Assembly: GCA_037189525.1 (NCBI GenBank)
Contig: JBBCJC010000005.1
Location: forward strand, 64,001 to 128,000
From: Gemmatimonadales bacterium
GTDB taxonomy: Bacteria > Gemmatimonadota > Gemmatimonadetes > Gemmatimonadales > GWC2-71-9
Direction of reading: 5' to 3'
Length of the DNA stretch: 64,000 nt
The notes under the pieces are model-generated. The model searched no databases and was not told the DNA's origin. It saw only the letters and a program-made list of their open reading frames with translations. Position numbers and translations under genes: made by a program. Shown one piece after another: positions 30,713-40,255 of this stretch (positions within the stretch are counted from its first letter, which is position 1; every line of letters starts with the position of its first letter).

Positions 30713-33063
30713 CAGCCTCCCTGTCCGCCGAACCGGTACTGCAATCCGAGGTAGAACGTGCGCGGCGGGCCGGGCCGATAGCGACGACCCTGCAACGCCG
30801 TGTACGACGACGTCTCGGCAAAGCGGGTATCTCCGATGTTGTGAACCCGGCCGACCACGTCGAACTGCGCCGTCACCGGCAGCGAGCCGGAGACGGAAAA
30901 GACGTCGTGTCCCGCATACTTCTCGGTGTTCTGCGGATCCATCCAGTAGGAGCCCATGTGGAGCCACTCCGCCGCGAGATGACCGCGCCTGAAGGCCCGC
31001 GGGGTCAGTGTCGCGCCGACCCGTCCCATGTCGCGGGGCGCAACCTCGATCTCGTTGCCGCTGTAGTCGAGCGTGGCACTCGGCCGCCACTCCAGGTACT
31101 CCTGCTTGGTGAGCGTCCAGCTGCCATCGATCCTGAGCCCGCGCACCGGCTCGACCGCCGCGCCGAGTTCAATACCGCGGTGCCGAGTGGCGCCGGCATT
31201 GCTGGCGCTGCGCAGGCCGGTGACCGGATCGGTCAGCGTCAGGATGTCGTCTTCGACATCGAGCTGATACGCCGTTGCCTCGAAGCTGACCCGACTCCCC
31301 ACGGCAATCCGGGTACCCACCTCGTAGTTGTCCGCTTTGACCGGCGCCAGATCGACGGTGTTGAGCGCCGAGCCCTGCCGGAAGAGCTGACTCTCCGACG
31401 GCGCCCTGAAAGCGGCACGATACGATGCAAAGAGGTTCACGCCGCGTGACACCTCCAGCGAGGCCCCGAGCTTGGGACTCAACCGCTGGTAGGACACGCC
31501 CGTCGACGCGGGACGCCGGTGTGATCCGGTGGCCAGCGGGTCGAGCCGGGTGTCGTAGTCGAAGCCGACGTTGTCGAACCGGAGTCCCAGATCGAAGCGC
31601 AGGCCGGTCGCCGGATTGATCTCCGCCTGGAGATACGGCGACGTCTGCCAGAACGTGACATCGTAGTCGTACTGGACCGCGCCGAGATCGTAGTCGGGAA
31701 AGAACGCGCCGTCGCGCACCGGGACCACCTGCTGCTCGAGCCGGCTGCCCGGGCTCAACTCGAGGTCGACCCCCGCGCTCAGGTTGGTGCGCAGCGGCAG
31801 AACCGTATACCGGTACCGGCCCATCACGCCGACCGACTGATTCTTGCTGTCCCAGATCTGCGGATCGAAGCTGAGCTGCCAGGACGGCATCAGTTCGAGC
31901 CGGTTGTGTCGCCCGTAAAGCGTGGCGGTCAAATGCGACAACCCGCTCTGCCGTTCGAACGACGATGACGCCCGCACGGCCAACACTCGCCGGTAGGCAA
32001 TCGGAGTGTAGTTCGCCGTCGGGCGAGTATCGAAGTCGGCCTGGGTGACGTCACTGCCGCCGTCCCCGGGCTGATCGATGTGCGAGAACGCCACGACCGT
32101 TTTGAGCAGAGCGCCGTCGTTGAAGCGGCGATCCCAGCGAACGGTTCCGCTCTGCCGGGCGTAGGGCGCCCCATCGCGGTAGCTGTCCGAGCGCGTCACA
32201 TTCAGGTCGGCACGGAGACCGTTGTTGCCCCAGCTGTTGCTGGCCGTGCCGAGCACCCGGGCGTAACCGAAGCGACCGCCCTCGATGAAGACCTCACCGG
32301 TGGGGCGATCGGTCGGTGAGCGCGTATAGGAACTGACCACGCCGCCGATGGCATCGCTGCCATACAAGGCCGAGCCCGGGCCTTTGATGACCTCGACCCG
32401 TTCCGCGCCCGGGAGATTGACCTCGTAGAGCGCATTGTGATTGAAGAAGCCGGTCGACCGAGTCGGCACGCCGTCTTCGAGAAAGGCGTACATCGGCTTG
32501 GTCGTGATCGGCTGACGGATGGCCGTGAAGTGACCCTCGCCGCTCAGATTGGCCACCCACGCTCCCGGCACCCGCGCCACCACCTCAGCCGGATGATGCG
32601 GCAGCGCCTGTTCGAGGACGCTCCGATCGACGACTCCGACGCTGGCCGTCGCCTCGGACCGGGACTGGGCCTCGCGCGAGACACTGACGACTACGTCGGA
32701 CAGAACAACCGCATCGTTGTTGAGCACGGCATCGACCACCGCGACAGCGCCGCCCGTTACCGAGACCGGGATCCGAGCCGTCTTCCAACCAATGGCCCGG
32801 ATCGCGACCGTGTAGTCGCCCGCGGGAATCCCCTCGATCCGATAGCGACCATCGGATGACGTCTGCACCGACTTACCGCTGCCGATGACCTGCACCAGGG
32901 CGGCGACGACCGGCTCCTTCGCGGCACCGGTCACCCGCCCTTCCACACCTCCTGTTTGCTGCGCATTGGCGGAGCCCATCATGGCCGTTGCCACGATGCC
33001 CGCCAGTCCCAACGCCCGAAGGATCCGACCGGCTCTCGACCGGTCACTCCCAAATCCCATCAT
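30712..33063 (-). CDS. TonB-dependent receptor with N-terminal carboxypeptidase-regulatory-like domain
   Basis: Plug motif RVEVIKGPGSALYGSDAIGGVV; C-terminal PG.PRTFYLGLQYRF. Start at ATG 33063 (GGGG RBS) or GTG 33078. Confidence 0.93.
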   Translation of the reverse strand: MMGFGSDRSRAGRILRALGLAGIVATAMMGSANAQQTGGVEGRVTGAAKEPVVAALVQVIGSGKSVQTSSDGRYRIEGIPAGDYTVAIRAIGWKTARIPVSVTGGAVAVVDAVLNNDAVVLSDVVVSVSREAQSRSEATASVGVVDRSVLEQALPHHPAEVVARVPGAWVANLSGEGHFTAIRQPITTKPMYAFLEDGVPTRSTGFFNHNALYEVNLPGAERVEVIKGPGSALYGSDAIGGVVSSYTRSPTDRPTGEVFIEGGRFGYARVLGTASNSWGNNGLRADLNVTRSDSYRDGAPYARQSGTVRWDRRFNDGALLKTVVAFSHIDQPGDGGSDVTQADFDTRPTANYTPIAYRRVLAVRASSSFERQSGLSHLTATLYGRHNRLELMPSWQLSFDPQIWDSKNQSVGVMGRYRYTVLPLRTNLSAGVDLELSPGSRLEQQVVPVRDGAFFPDYDLGAVQYDYDVTFWQTSPYLQAEINPATGLRFDLGLRFDNVGFDYDTRLDPLATGSHRRPASTGVSYQRLSPKLGASLEVSRGVNLFASYRAAFRAPSESQLFRQGSALNTVDLAPVKADNYEVGTRIAVGSRVSFEATAYQLDVEDDILTLTDPVTGLRSASNAGATRHRGIELGAAVEPVRGLRIDGSWTLTKQEYLEWRPSATLDYSGNEIEVAPRDMGRVGATLTPRAFRRGHLAAEWLHMGSYWMDPQNTEKYAGHDVFSVSGSLPVTAQFDVVGRVHNIGDTRFAETSSYTALQGRRYRPGPPRTFYLGLQYRFGGQGG

Positions 33064-33169
33064 ATCCCCATGCTCCACTGCGGCCCCGTATCATCGGCGC
33101 CAGTGAATAGCGAACTGCCCACCCGAAACGAGGGGCAGCCAGATCTGTCAGCTGTGGTTTACCTGCGAA

Positions 33170-33583
33170 TCAGGCGACAGGAGGAGCGTGCGACGGGGGG
33201 AGGAGAAACCGGGGACGCGCAATCCGCTCGGGAGCGGCGGCGGCACCGCGGACGGACACGGACGTGGTCGGCGCCTCGGCCAGTACGACGCCAGGCTCCG
33301 GCCCGAGACCGACCGTTGCGGCACCGGTACAGGCGCCGATGCAGTGACAGTTCGCGTGAGTGCCATGCGAACCATCGGCATCGGACGACGACTCGCTCTG
33401 GGACGCATTCGCATGCTCGGCGTGGCCGCCGTGGTCATGCTGTCCGGATTGTCCTTGGGCGACCAGCCACGGTGTATCGACCGGGCACGGATCGATGAGG
33501 GGAATGATGGTTCCCGCCACCGGTGGTGAAAGCACCACCAGGAGGCTCGCCAACCATCGCCACTGCCGAAGCCGCCCGATCAT
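33170..33583 (-). CDS. DUF2946/CruR-like leader protein (Cys/His-rich, C-terminal HAPP)
   Basis: Signal-like N-terminus, His-rich linker, CHCIGAC, ends LLPPSHAPPVA; GAAAGG RBS; immediately upstream of the TonB receptor. Confidence 0.7.
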   Translation of the reverse strand: MIGRLRQWRWLASLLVVLSPPVAGTIIPLIDPCPVDTPWLVAQGQSGQHDHGGHAEHANASQSESSSDADGSHGTHANCHCIGACTGAATVGLGPEPGVVLAEAPTTSVSVRGAAAAPERIARPRFLLPPSHAPPVA

Positions 33584-33635
33584 CCTTTCAAGGTAACAAA
33601 TGAGCGAGAAGGGGCCAACTGACCCCGCCCTGACC

Positions 33636-34253
33636 CTACGGTGCGGACGACGGGCGCCGAGGCCGCAAGACCAGCCGGCTGGCCAGCAGAACGGCCAGAA
33701 TGGTGGCGTACACGAGCGGCTCGCTCACGTCCCGCTTGACCAGCCAGAAGAAGTGGAGCACCGCGAGCGCGGCGGCGAGATAGACGAGCCGGTGGAGCCG
33801 CTGCCAGCGCCGGCCGAGCCGGCGCACCATGGCGTTCGGCGAGGTCACTGCCAGCACGGCCAGGATCAGAAAGGCGAGAAAGCCGACCAGGACCCAGGGA
33901 TGCTCCACGATGTCGGCGCTGATGTCCGCCACCGAAAGGCGATGATCGAAGACGGCGTAGATGGCCAGATGGAGCGTGGCGTAGAAAAAGGCAAAGAGAC
34001 CGAGCGGGCGGCGGAGCCGGATCAGCACGGGCTGACCGAGCAGGCGGCGCACGGGTGTCACCGCCAGCGTCACGAGCAGAATGACCAGCGCCGAAAGCCC
34101 GGTGGTGTGGGTCAGCGTCTTGACGGGATCGGCGCCCAGATCCTGCCGGACGAGTCCGTGAATCAGCCAGGCCGCCGGCGCCAGGCAGGCAACCCAGAGC
34201 GCCGGTTTGAGGACCCATCGCACCAGCGCCGGCAGGCTGCCGGCCCTCCGCAC
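33636..34253 (-). CDS. msrQ: Heme-binding membrane subunit MsrQ
   Basis: LAVTP, RRPLGLFAFFYATLH, WQRLHRLVY. Start approximate. Confidence 0.93.
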   Translation of the reverse strand: MRRAGSLPALVRWVLKPALWVACLAPAAWLIHGLVRQDLGADPVKTLTHTTGLSALVILLVTLAVTPVRRLLGQPVLIRLRRPLGLFAFFYATLHLAIYAVFDHRLSVADISADIVEHPWVLVGFLAFLILAVLAVTSPNAMVRRLGRRWQRLHRLVYLAAALAVLHFFWLVKRDVSEPLVYATILAVLLASRLVLRPRRPSSAP

Positions 34254-34261
34254 GACATCGC

Positions 34262-35176
34262 TCAATAGTTCACTCGCAGATCGAGACCGCTGTAGAGCGA
34301 AGCCACCTGATCGGCATATCCGTTGAACAGGAGAGTCGGCCGACGGAAAAATTCGCCCAGCCGCCGCTCCGACTTCTGGCTCCAGCGCGGATGCGACACG
34401 TCCGGGTTGACGTTGGCGTAGAAGCCGTACTCCTGCGGAGCTGCCACGTTCCAGGTCGTCGCCGGCTGCGATTCGGAAAAGCGGATTTCGACGATGCTCT
34501 TGCCGCCCTTGAAGCCGTACTTCCACGGCACCGTGAGCCGGAGCGGCGCGCCGTTCTGGTTGAGCAGCGGCTTGCCGTAGATGCCGGTTGCCAGCAGGGT
34601 GAGCGGATGGCTCGCTTCATCCAGACGCAGCGCCTCGACGTAGGGCCAGTCGAGGGTCCGGCTCCGCTGCCCGGGCATCTGCTTGGGATCGTACAGCGTC
34701 GCGAACTCCACGAACTTCGCCTTGCTGCCGGGTTCGAGTTTCCGGATCAGATCACCCAGCCGAATGCCCTGCCAGGGAATCACCATCGACCAGGCCTCGA
34801 CGCAGCGCATCCGGTAGGTGCGCTCGACGACGGGCAGGCCCTTGAGCAGGTCGTCCAGGTCGTACGTGGCCGGGCGTTTGACCTCACCGGCCACCTTGAC
34901 CACCCATGGCTTGGTGCGGAGCGAGCCCGCGTTCCGGGAGGGATCCTCTTTGTCGGTGCCGAACTCGTAAAAATTGTTGTAGGTCGTCACGACGTCGTAC
35001 GGCGTCGGTTTGTCCTCGGGTTGACGGCCCTGTAAGGTGCGCGCCTGCACCATCCCGGGAGCGGCCAGCGCCGCCATGGTCACCCCCGCGGTTTTGAGCC
35101 ACTCGCGCCGGGTGTGATAGAGCCCTTCGTCGGTGATGTCCGAATCGGGAATGTCTGGCGCTCGACGAATCAGCAT
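34262..35176 (-). CDS. msrP: Molybdoenzyme methionine sulfoxide reductase MsrP
   Basis: Tat motif [38 protein letters not shown]. Confidence 0.96.
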   Translation of the reverse strand: MLIRRAPDIPDSDITDEGLYHTRREWLKTAGVTMAALAAPGMVQARTLQGRQPEDKPTPYDVVTTYNNFYEFGTDKEDPSRNAGSLRTKPWVVKVAGEVKRPATYDLDDLLKGLPVVERTYRMRCVEAWSMVIPWQGIRLGDLIRKLEPGSKAKFVEFATLYDPKQMPGQRSRTLDWPYVEALRLDEASHPLTLLATGIYGKPLLNQNGAPLRLTVPWKYGFKGGKSIVEIRFSESQPATTWNVAAPQEYGFYANVNPDVSHPRWSQKSERRLGEFFRRPTLLFNGYADQVASLYSGLDLRVNY

Positions 35177-35276
35177 GGCGGTTCTCCGTCTCCCTCTCGA
35201 TCCTTCCAATCTATCACGTCCGGAGACGAGAAAGTCGGGCAACCCGACCGGGCGGCCCGACTTCGCGAATTTCCAA

Positions 35277-35364
35277 CGGTGCGAGTGAGATTCGAACTCA
35301 CGAGACCCTTAGGAGGTCTGCCACCTTTCCAGGGTGGTGCCTTCAACCACTCGGCCATCGCACC
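35277..35364 (-). tRNA. tRNA-Ser (GGA)
   Basis: GGTGCGATGGCCGAGTGG...CCACC-CTGGAAA-GGTGG, long variable arm, GTTCGAATC; CCA not encoded. Confidence 0.96.
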
Positions 35365-35435
35365 TCATGACGACTGGCGCCCGTTTGGGCCGGCGGCAAC
35401 ATAGCCCGCCCGCCAGAGAGCGTCAACGCGGCACG

Positions 35436-38234
35436 CTATCGGGCGGTTGCCTTGGCCGGACGCCGTTTGGTGGCCGTTCCCTTCGCTTTGGCCTTGGGCT
35501 TGGCGGCTGCCTTGGGCTTGGCGGCCGACTTGGCCGTCGATCCCGCTTTGGCCTTGGCCGCGCGCTTGGCACTGCCGGCGCGCTTGACCTTGGCCGTCAG
35601 CGGATCGGGCGCCGAGCGACCTTTGACCGACCGCTTGGCCCCGCCCGCCGGCTTGGCGCCCGCGCGTTTGGCTTTCGACTTGGCCTTGCCGCCACCTCGG
35701 GCAGCAATCCACTCGACCGCCTGCTCGACCGTGACGGTGGCAGGATCGATATCCTTGGGGATCGACGCGCTGACGTCGCCGTGCTTGACGTAGGGACCAT
35801 ACTTCCCTTCGTACAACCCGATGGGCGCCTGGTCGGCAGGATGCGGACCAACCTCGCGAATCGGCGTTGCCGCCATCCGGCGCCCGCGGCCCAGCTTGGG
35901 CTGCGCCAGGAGTTCGAGGGCGCGTTCGAGGGTCACGGTCAGGACGTGGTCCTCGCCCTTCAAAGAGCGATAGTCCTTGACCTTGCCCTGATCGTGCACG
36001 ATGTAGGGACCGAACCGTCCCTGCCCCGCCAGAACCCGGGCGCCGGTCTCCGGATGCGCACCGAGCGTACGCGGCAGCGCCAGCAGACCGACCGCCATCT
36101 CCAGCGTGACCTGATCGGTGGTGACACCCTTGGGCAACGAGGCCCGCTTCGGCTTCGGATTGTCGTCGGAGACGATACCGAGTTGGACGTAGGGACCATA
36201 CTGCCCGGTCAGGAGCAGAATCGGTTCAGCGGTGTCCGGATGGTTTCCGACGATTTCCGGGCCTTCGGCTTTCTGGCGCAGGACTTCGTCGACCTGATCC
36301 CGGGAGAGGTCGGCCGGCGCGGAATCGCGCGGGAGCGACGCTTTGAGGAGTTCGCCGTCTTCCGACACGACTTCGACGTACGGTCCGAAGCGGCCGATCT
36401 TGACGCTGGCACCGTCCAGCCCGTCGATCTCGATGGTCCGCGCCGCAACCGGGTCGATCCCCTTTTCGCGCGATGCGACCTGTTGCCGGAGTCCGGTGCG
36501 GCCCAAATAGAAATCGCGGAGATACGGCAACCATTCGGCGTTGCCCTCCGAGATGTCGTCGAGGGTCTGTTCCATTCCGGCCGTGAACTTGGGATCGACC
36601 AGCGACGGGAAGTGGTGCTCGAGCAGACTGGTCACGCCGAACGCGGTGAAAGTCGGCACCAGCGCCTGCCCCTGCTTCTGGACGTAGCCGCGATCGATGA
36701 TGGTGTCGATGATCGATGCGTAGGTACTGGGGCGCCCGATCCCGTCGGCCTCGAGTTCCTTGACCAGACTGGCTTCCGTGTAGCGGGCCGGCGGCTGCGT
36801 CTCGTGGGAGACGGCCGCGAGTTCCCGGCAAGCGGGGCGGTCGCCGACGGCCAGGTCGGGCAGCAAAACTTCCTGATCTTCGAGCGCCGCTTCCGGGTCG
36901 TCGCTGCCTTCGACGTAAGCGCGCAGGAAGCCGGGGAAATCGATCCGCTTGCCCGCGGCGCGGAAGGTGGCTTCCTCGACATCGATGGTGACGACCACGC
37001 TGGTGAGCCGCGCATCGAGCATCTGCGACGCCACGGTGCGCTTCCAGATCAGATCGTAGACCGCCAGCTCCCGTCCGCTCAGGCCGGTCTCCTCCGGCGT
37101 GCGGAAATGCGAGCCGGCCGGCCGGATGGCCTCGTGCGCTTCCTGCGCTGACGCGCTCTTGCTGACGTACTGGCGGGGCGACTTGGGCAGATACTGGTCG
37201 CCGTAGAGCCGCGAGACGCATTCGCGCGCCGCACCGAGCGCCTGTTGCGACAGGTGCACGGAGTCGGTACGCATGTAGGTGATGAAGCCCTCTTCGTAGA
37301 GCTTCTGCGCCGTCCGCATCGCCTCGCGAGCCGAGAGGCGCAGCTTGCGGTTGGCCTCCTGCTGCAAGGTCGAGGTGATGAACGGGGGCGCCGGCCGGCG
37401 GGTAAACGGCTTTTCCTCCGCCGACCCAACCGTCCAGGCCGCTGCCCGGAGCCGGTCGGCCAACGATTCGGCCCCGGGGCCGTCGAGCAGCACCACATCT
37501 TTTCCGGCCGCGAGCTTGCCGGTCCGCTCGTCGAAGTCCTTACCGGTGGCGAGGCGCTTTCCGGCCAGGGAGACCAACTGCGCGTCGAACGACTGATCGC
37601 GGTGTTCCAGGGTCGCGGCCAGGTCCCAGTAGACGCCGGGGACGAAGGCCCGCCGCTCGCGCTCGCGCATTACCAGGAGCCGCACCGCCACCGACTGGAC
37701 TCGTCCCGCGGACAGCCCGTACGCGATCTTCTTCCAGAGGAGCGGCGACAAGGTATAGCCGAACAACCGGTCCAAGATCCGCCGGGTTTCCTGCGCACGT
37801 ACCAGACGGTCGTCGACCGCGCGGGTCTGCTCGAGCGCCTCCCGGATCGCTTCCCGGGTGATCTCGTGAAAGACCATCCGCTTGACGGGCACCCGCGGCT
37901 TGAGCAACTCGGACAGGTGCCACGAAATACTTTCACCCTCGCGGTCTTCGTCCGTCGCGAGGATCAGTTCGTCGGCGTCGGACAGGGCCGACTTGAGTTC
38001 CTTGACGATGTGCTTCTTGTCCGACGGTACCACGTAGAGGGGTTCGAAGTCCTGGTCGACATTGACGCCGAGCCGGCTCCACTCTTCGCCTTTGACCTTG
38101 GCGGGAATATCCGACGCCCGATCCGGCAGGTCGCGCACGTGCCCCATCGACGCGACCACCTTATATCCACGGGGAAGGAACTCGCGGATGGTCCGCGCCT
38201 TGGTGGGTGACTCGACGATGACGAGAGTGGACAT
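35436..38234 (-). CDS. topA: DNA topoisomerase I
   Basis: [35 protein letters not shown](F/Y)GPY repeats; Lys/Ala tail. Confidence 0.98.
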   Translation of the reverse strand: MSTLVIVESPTKARTIREFLPRGYKVVASMGHVRDLPDRASDIPAKVKGEEWSRLGVNVDQDFEPLYVVPSDKKHIVKELKSALSDADELILATDEDREGESISWHLSELLKPRVPVKRMVFHEITREAIREALEQTRAVDDRLVRAQETRRILDRLFGYTLSPLLWKKIAYGLSAGRVQSVAVRLLVMRERERRAFVPGVYWDLAATLEHRDQSFDAQLVSLAGKRLATGKDFDERTGKLAAGKDVVLLDGPGAESLADRLRAAAWTVGSAEEKPFTRRPAPPFITSTLQQEANRKLRLSAREAMRTAQKLYEEGFITYMRTDSVHLSQQALGAARECVSRLYGDQYLPKSPRQYVSKSASAQEAHEAIRPAGSHFRTPEETGLSGRELAVYDLIWKRTVASQMLDARLTSVVVTIDVEEATFRAAGKRIDFPGFLRAYVEGSDDPEAALEDQEVLLPDLAVGDRPACRELAAVSHETQPPARYTEASLVKELEADGIGRPSTYASIIDTIIDRGYVQKQGQALVPTFTAFGVTSLLEHHFPSLVDPKFTAGMEQTLDDISEGNAEWLPYLRDFYLGRTGLRQQVASREKGIDPVAARTIEIDGLDGASVKIGRFGPYVEVVSEDGELLKASLPRDSAPADLSRDQVDEVLRQKAEGPEIVGNHPDTAEPILLLTGQYGPYVQLGIVSDDNPKPKRASLPKGVTTDQVTLEMAVGLLALPRTLGAHPETGARVLAGQGRFGPYIVHDQGKVKDYRSLKGEDHVLTVTLERALELLAQPKLGRGRRMAATPIREVGPHPADQAPIGLYEGKYGPYVKHGDVSASIPKDIDPATVTVEQAVEWIAARGGGKAKSKAKRAGAKPAGGAKRSVKGRSAPDPLTAKVKRAGSAKRAAKAKAGSTAKSAAKPKAAAKPKAKAKGTATKRRPAKATAR

Positions 38235-38345
38235 GCCGTCCTAACTGTTGCAGTTCATGCGTGAGCGCCCGACCGCGGGCGACGCCTCCCTCCGCCGGGC
38301 CTGCGACCGGGTCGCGGGACGGGGCGGATGGGAAATTGGGGGAAC

Positions 38346-38374
38346 AGAATGACGCCCAGAGCCGGGTCTGTCAA
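38346..38374 (-). promoter_or_regulatory. Putative sigma70 promoter of topA
   Basis: Minus strand TTGACA-N17-CATTCT. Confidence 0.6.
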
Positions 38375-38534
38375 TTGGCGGCCGAATGGGGCCGGCTGGT
38401 CAATTCACCCGTAACCGCTTACACAACAATGCGTTAGATGTCGTCAGCCCGAAGAAAGCCTGACCGGGCCCAAGCCCCGATTTCGCGGCTGAGCGGGGCC
38501 TGGGATAGTTTTCGGCTCCTTTCACGACTGCGCC

Positions 38535-39236
38535 ATGCCCGATCTCGCATCCGGCCTCATCTACTACATCGTCTTTCTCTTTTCCGTCACCCTGCACGAA
38601 GCGGCGCACGCCTGGGCCGCCAAGCGCGGCGGTGACCTGACCGCGTACCTGGGCGGCCAGGTCTCGCTGGATCCGCGCCCGCACATTCGGCGGGAACCTT
38701 TCGGCATGGTGGTGCTGCCGCTGTTGTCGGTGGCGGTGGCCGGATGGCCCTTCGGATTTGCCAGCGCTCCCTACGACCCGCAATGGGCCATGCGCTACCC
38801 GCGCCGGGCGGCGTGGATGGCCCTGGCAGGTCCGGCCTCGAACCTCCTGCTCGTCGTGATTGCCTTCGTGCTGCTCCGGCTTGGCATCGGCGCCGGAGTT
38901 TTCGAAGCGCCGTCGAGCGTGCAGTTCGGTCATGTCGTCGCCGCGACGGGAGCCGGCTGGTGGCCGAGCATTGCGTTCATGATCGGCGCGCTGTTTTCGA
39001 TGAACCTGGCGCTCGCGATCCTCAACCTGATCCCGCTTCCGCCGCTCGACGGCAGCGCAGCAATCCCGTTGCTGCTTCCGCCCGCCGCGAGCACCCGGTA
39101 CCAGCAGTTTCTCTGGAGCCAGCCATTCCTTGCGATCATCGGCATGCTGATCGCCTGGCGGATCTTCGGACCGATCTTCCAGCCCCTCTTCCTCGAAGCG
39201 ATCCACCTGCTCCATCCCGGGACGCGCTACGGCTGA
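38535..39236 (+). CDS. Site-2 protease (M50)
   Basis: HEAAH, AGPASN, NLIPLPPLDG. Confidence 0.93.
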   Translation: MPDLASGLIYYIVFLFSVTLHEAAHAWAAKRGGDLTAYLGGQVSLDPRPHIRREPFGMVVLPLLSVAVAGWPFGFASAPYDPQWAMRYPRRAAWMALAGPASNLLLVVIAFVLLRLGIGAGVFEAPSSVQFGHVVAATGAGWWPSIAFMIGALFSMNLALAILNLIPLPPLDGSAAIPLLLPPAASTRYQQFLWSQPFLAIIGMLIAWRIFGPIFQPLFLEAIHLLHPGTRYG

Positions 39237-39340
39237 CCGGCGGGCGGAGGTAGCGGTCGTATCCTCTGCCCCTGCCCGCCAGTGGCCCCATTGGTCTACA
39301 CCAGTTTGCACCGGAAAATCGGGGGGCGAAACTCGCCCCC

Positions 39341-39395
39341 TTGACGGTTCGTAGGTCCAGACGGACAATCAACCATATCATGGAACAGCGTTCCA
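39341..39395 (+). promoter_or_regulatory. Promoter plus palindromic operator of the IclR gene
   Basis: TTGACG-N17-GACAAT; palindrome TGGAAC-agc-GTTCCA (39381-39395) overlapping the ATG. Confidence 0.6.
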
Positions 39396-40183
39396 CATCG
39401 GTTCGGACTGCCCCAACGGGGACGCAGGCGATCGAACGCGCCTTCGCCGTGCTGCGCGCGTTCACCAGCACGGAACCGGTCTGGACCCTGGCTGCCCTGT
39501 CCCGCCATCTCGACCTGACCAAGCCTACCGTCCTCCGATTGCTGGGCGTCCTCGAACGCGAAGCGATGATCCAACGGACCGAGCCGATGGGCAGCTACCG
39601 TCTCGGCCCCGGAGCGATCCAGTTGGGCGCGGTGGCCCGGCGCTCGATCGACTTCCATACGGCAGCACGGCCGGAGCTCCAGCGCCTCGCCTGGAGTATC
39701 GGCGAAACGGCCAGCCTCGAAGTGCTGGTCGGGTCGGATGTCATGATCATCGACGAAATCCGCGGCCGTTTCCGGGGCAGCACCTTCGACGCCCTCGGCT
39801 CCCGCTGGCCTGCCCACGCCGCCGCGACCGGCAAGGTCCTGCTGGCCGCGGCGCGCAATGCCGGCAGCGATGCGTGGCTGCAGTTCGTGCGCGGCGTCAC
39901 CCGCGGGCGTTTGCCGCGCTTTACCGATCGCACCATTACCACCATGAACCGATTGCTCACGGAACTCTCCCGCGTCAGCCGGCAGGGATACGCCACCGGC
40001 GTGGAAGAGCTGGAGAGCGGCTACGTAGCAATCGCGGTACCGATTTCCGATTTCCCGGGCAATGCCGTCGCCGCGCTGTGCGTCGGCGGACCGGTGGCAC
40101 GGCTGCCGGCCCGGCGGTTCCCCGCGCTGGTACGGGAACTGACCGATGCCGCCCAAACCGTTTCACGGCGGCTGGGTGGTTGA
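39380..40183 (+). CDS. IclR family transcriptional regulator
   Basis: QAIERAFAVL HTH, YRLGP, GETASL, HAAATGKVLLA, E.E.G..AIAVPI. Confidence 0.93.
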   Translation: MEQRSTSVRTAPTGTQAIERAFAVLRAFTSTEPVWTLAALSRHLDLTKPTVLRLLGVLEREAMIQRTEPMGSYRLGPGAIQLGAVARRSIDFHTAARPELQRLAWSIGETASLEVLVGSDVMIIDEIRGRFRGSTFDALGSRWPAHAAATGKVLLAAARNAGSDAWLQFVRGVTRGRLPRFTDRTITTMNRLLTELSRVSRQGYATGVEELESGYVAIAVPISDFPGNAVAALCVGGPVARLPARRFPALVRELTDAAQTVSRRLGG

Positions 40184-40255
40184 CGACAGGTCGTTGTTGC
40201 AGAACGCATGAGACACATCGGGTGCAGTCACGGTCATCATCCTAGGAGAACCATC

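Noticed and set aside
35450..35700. Repetitive DNA at the topA 3' end
   Set aside because: Explained by the Lys/Ala-rich protein tail.
38235..38340. GC-rich topA leader as a riboswitch or ncRNA
   Set aside because: No recognisable aptamer motif; pairing potential is unremarkable at this GC content.
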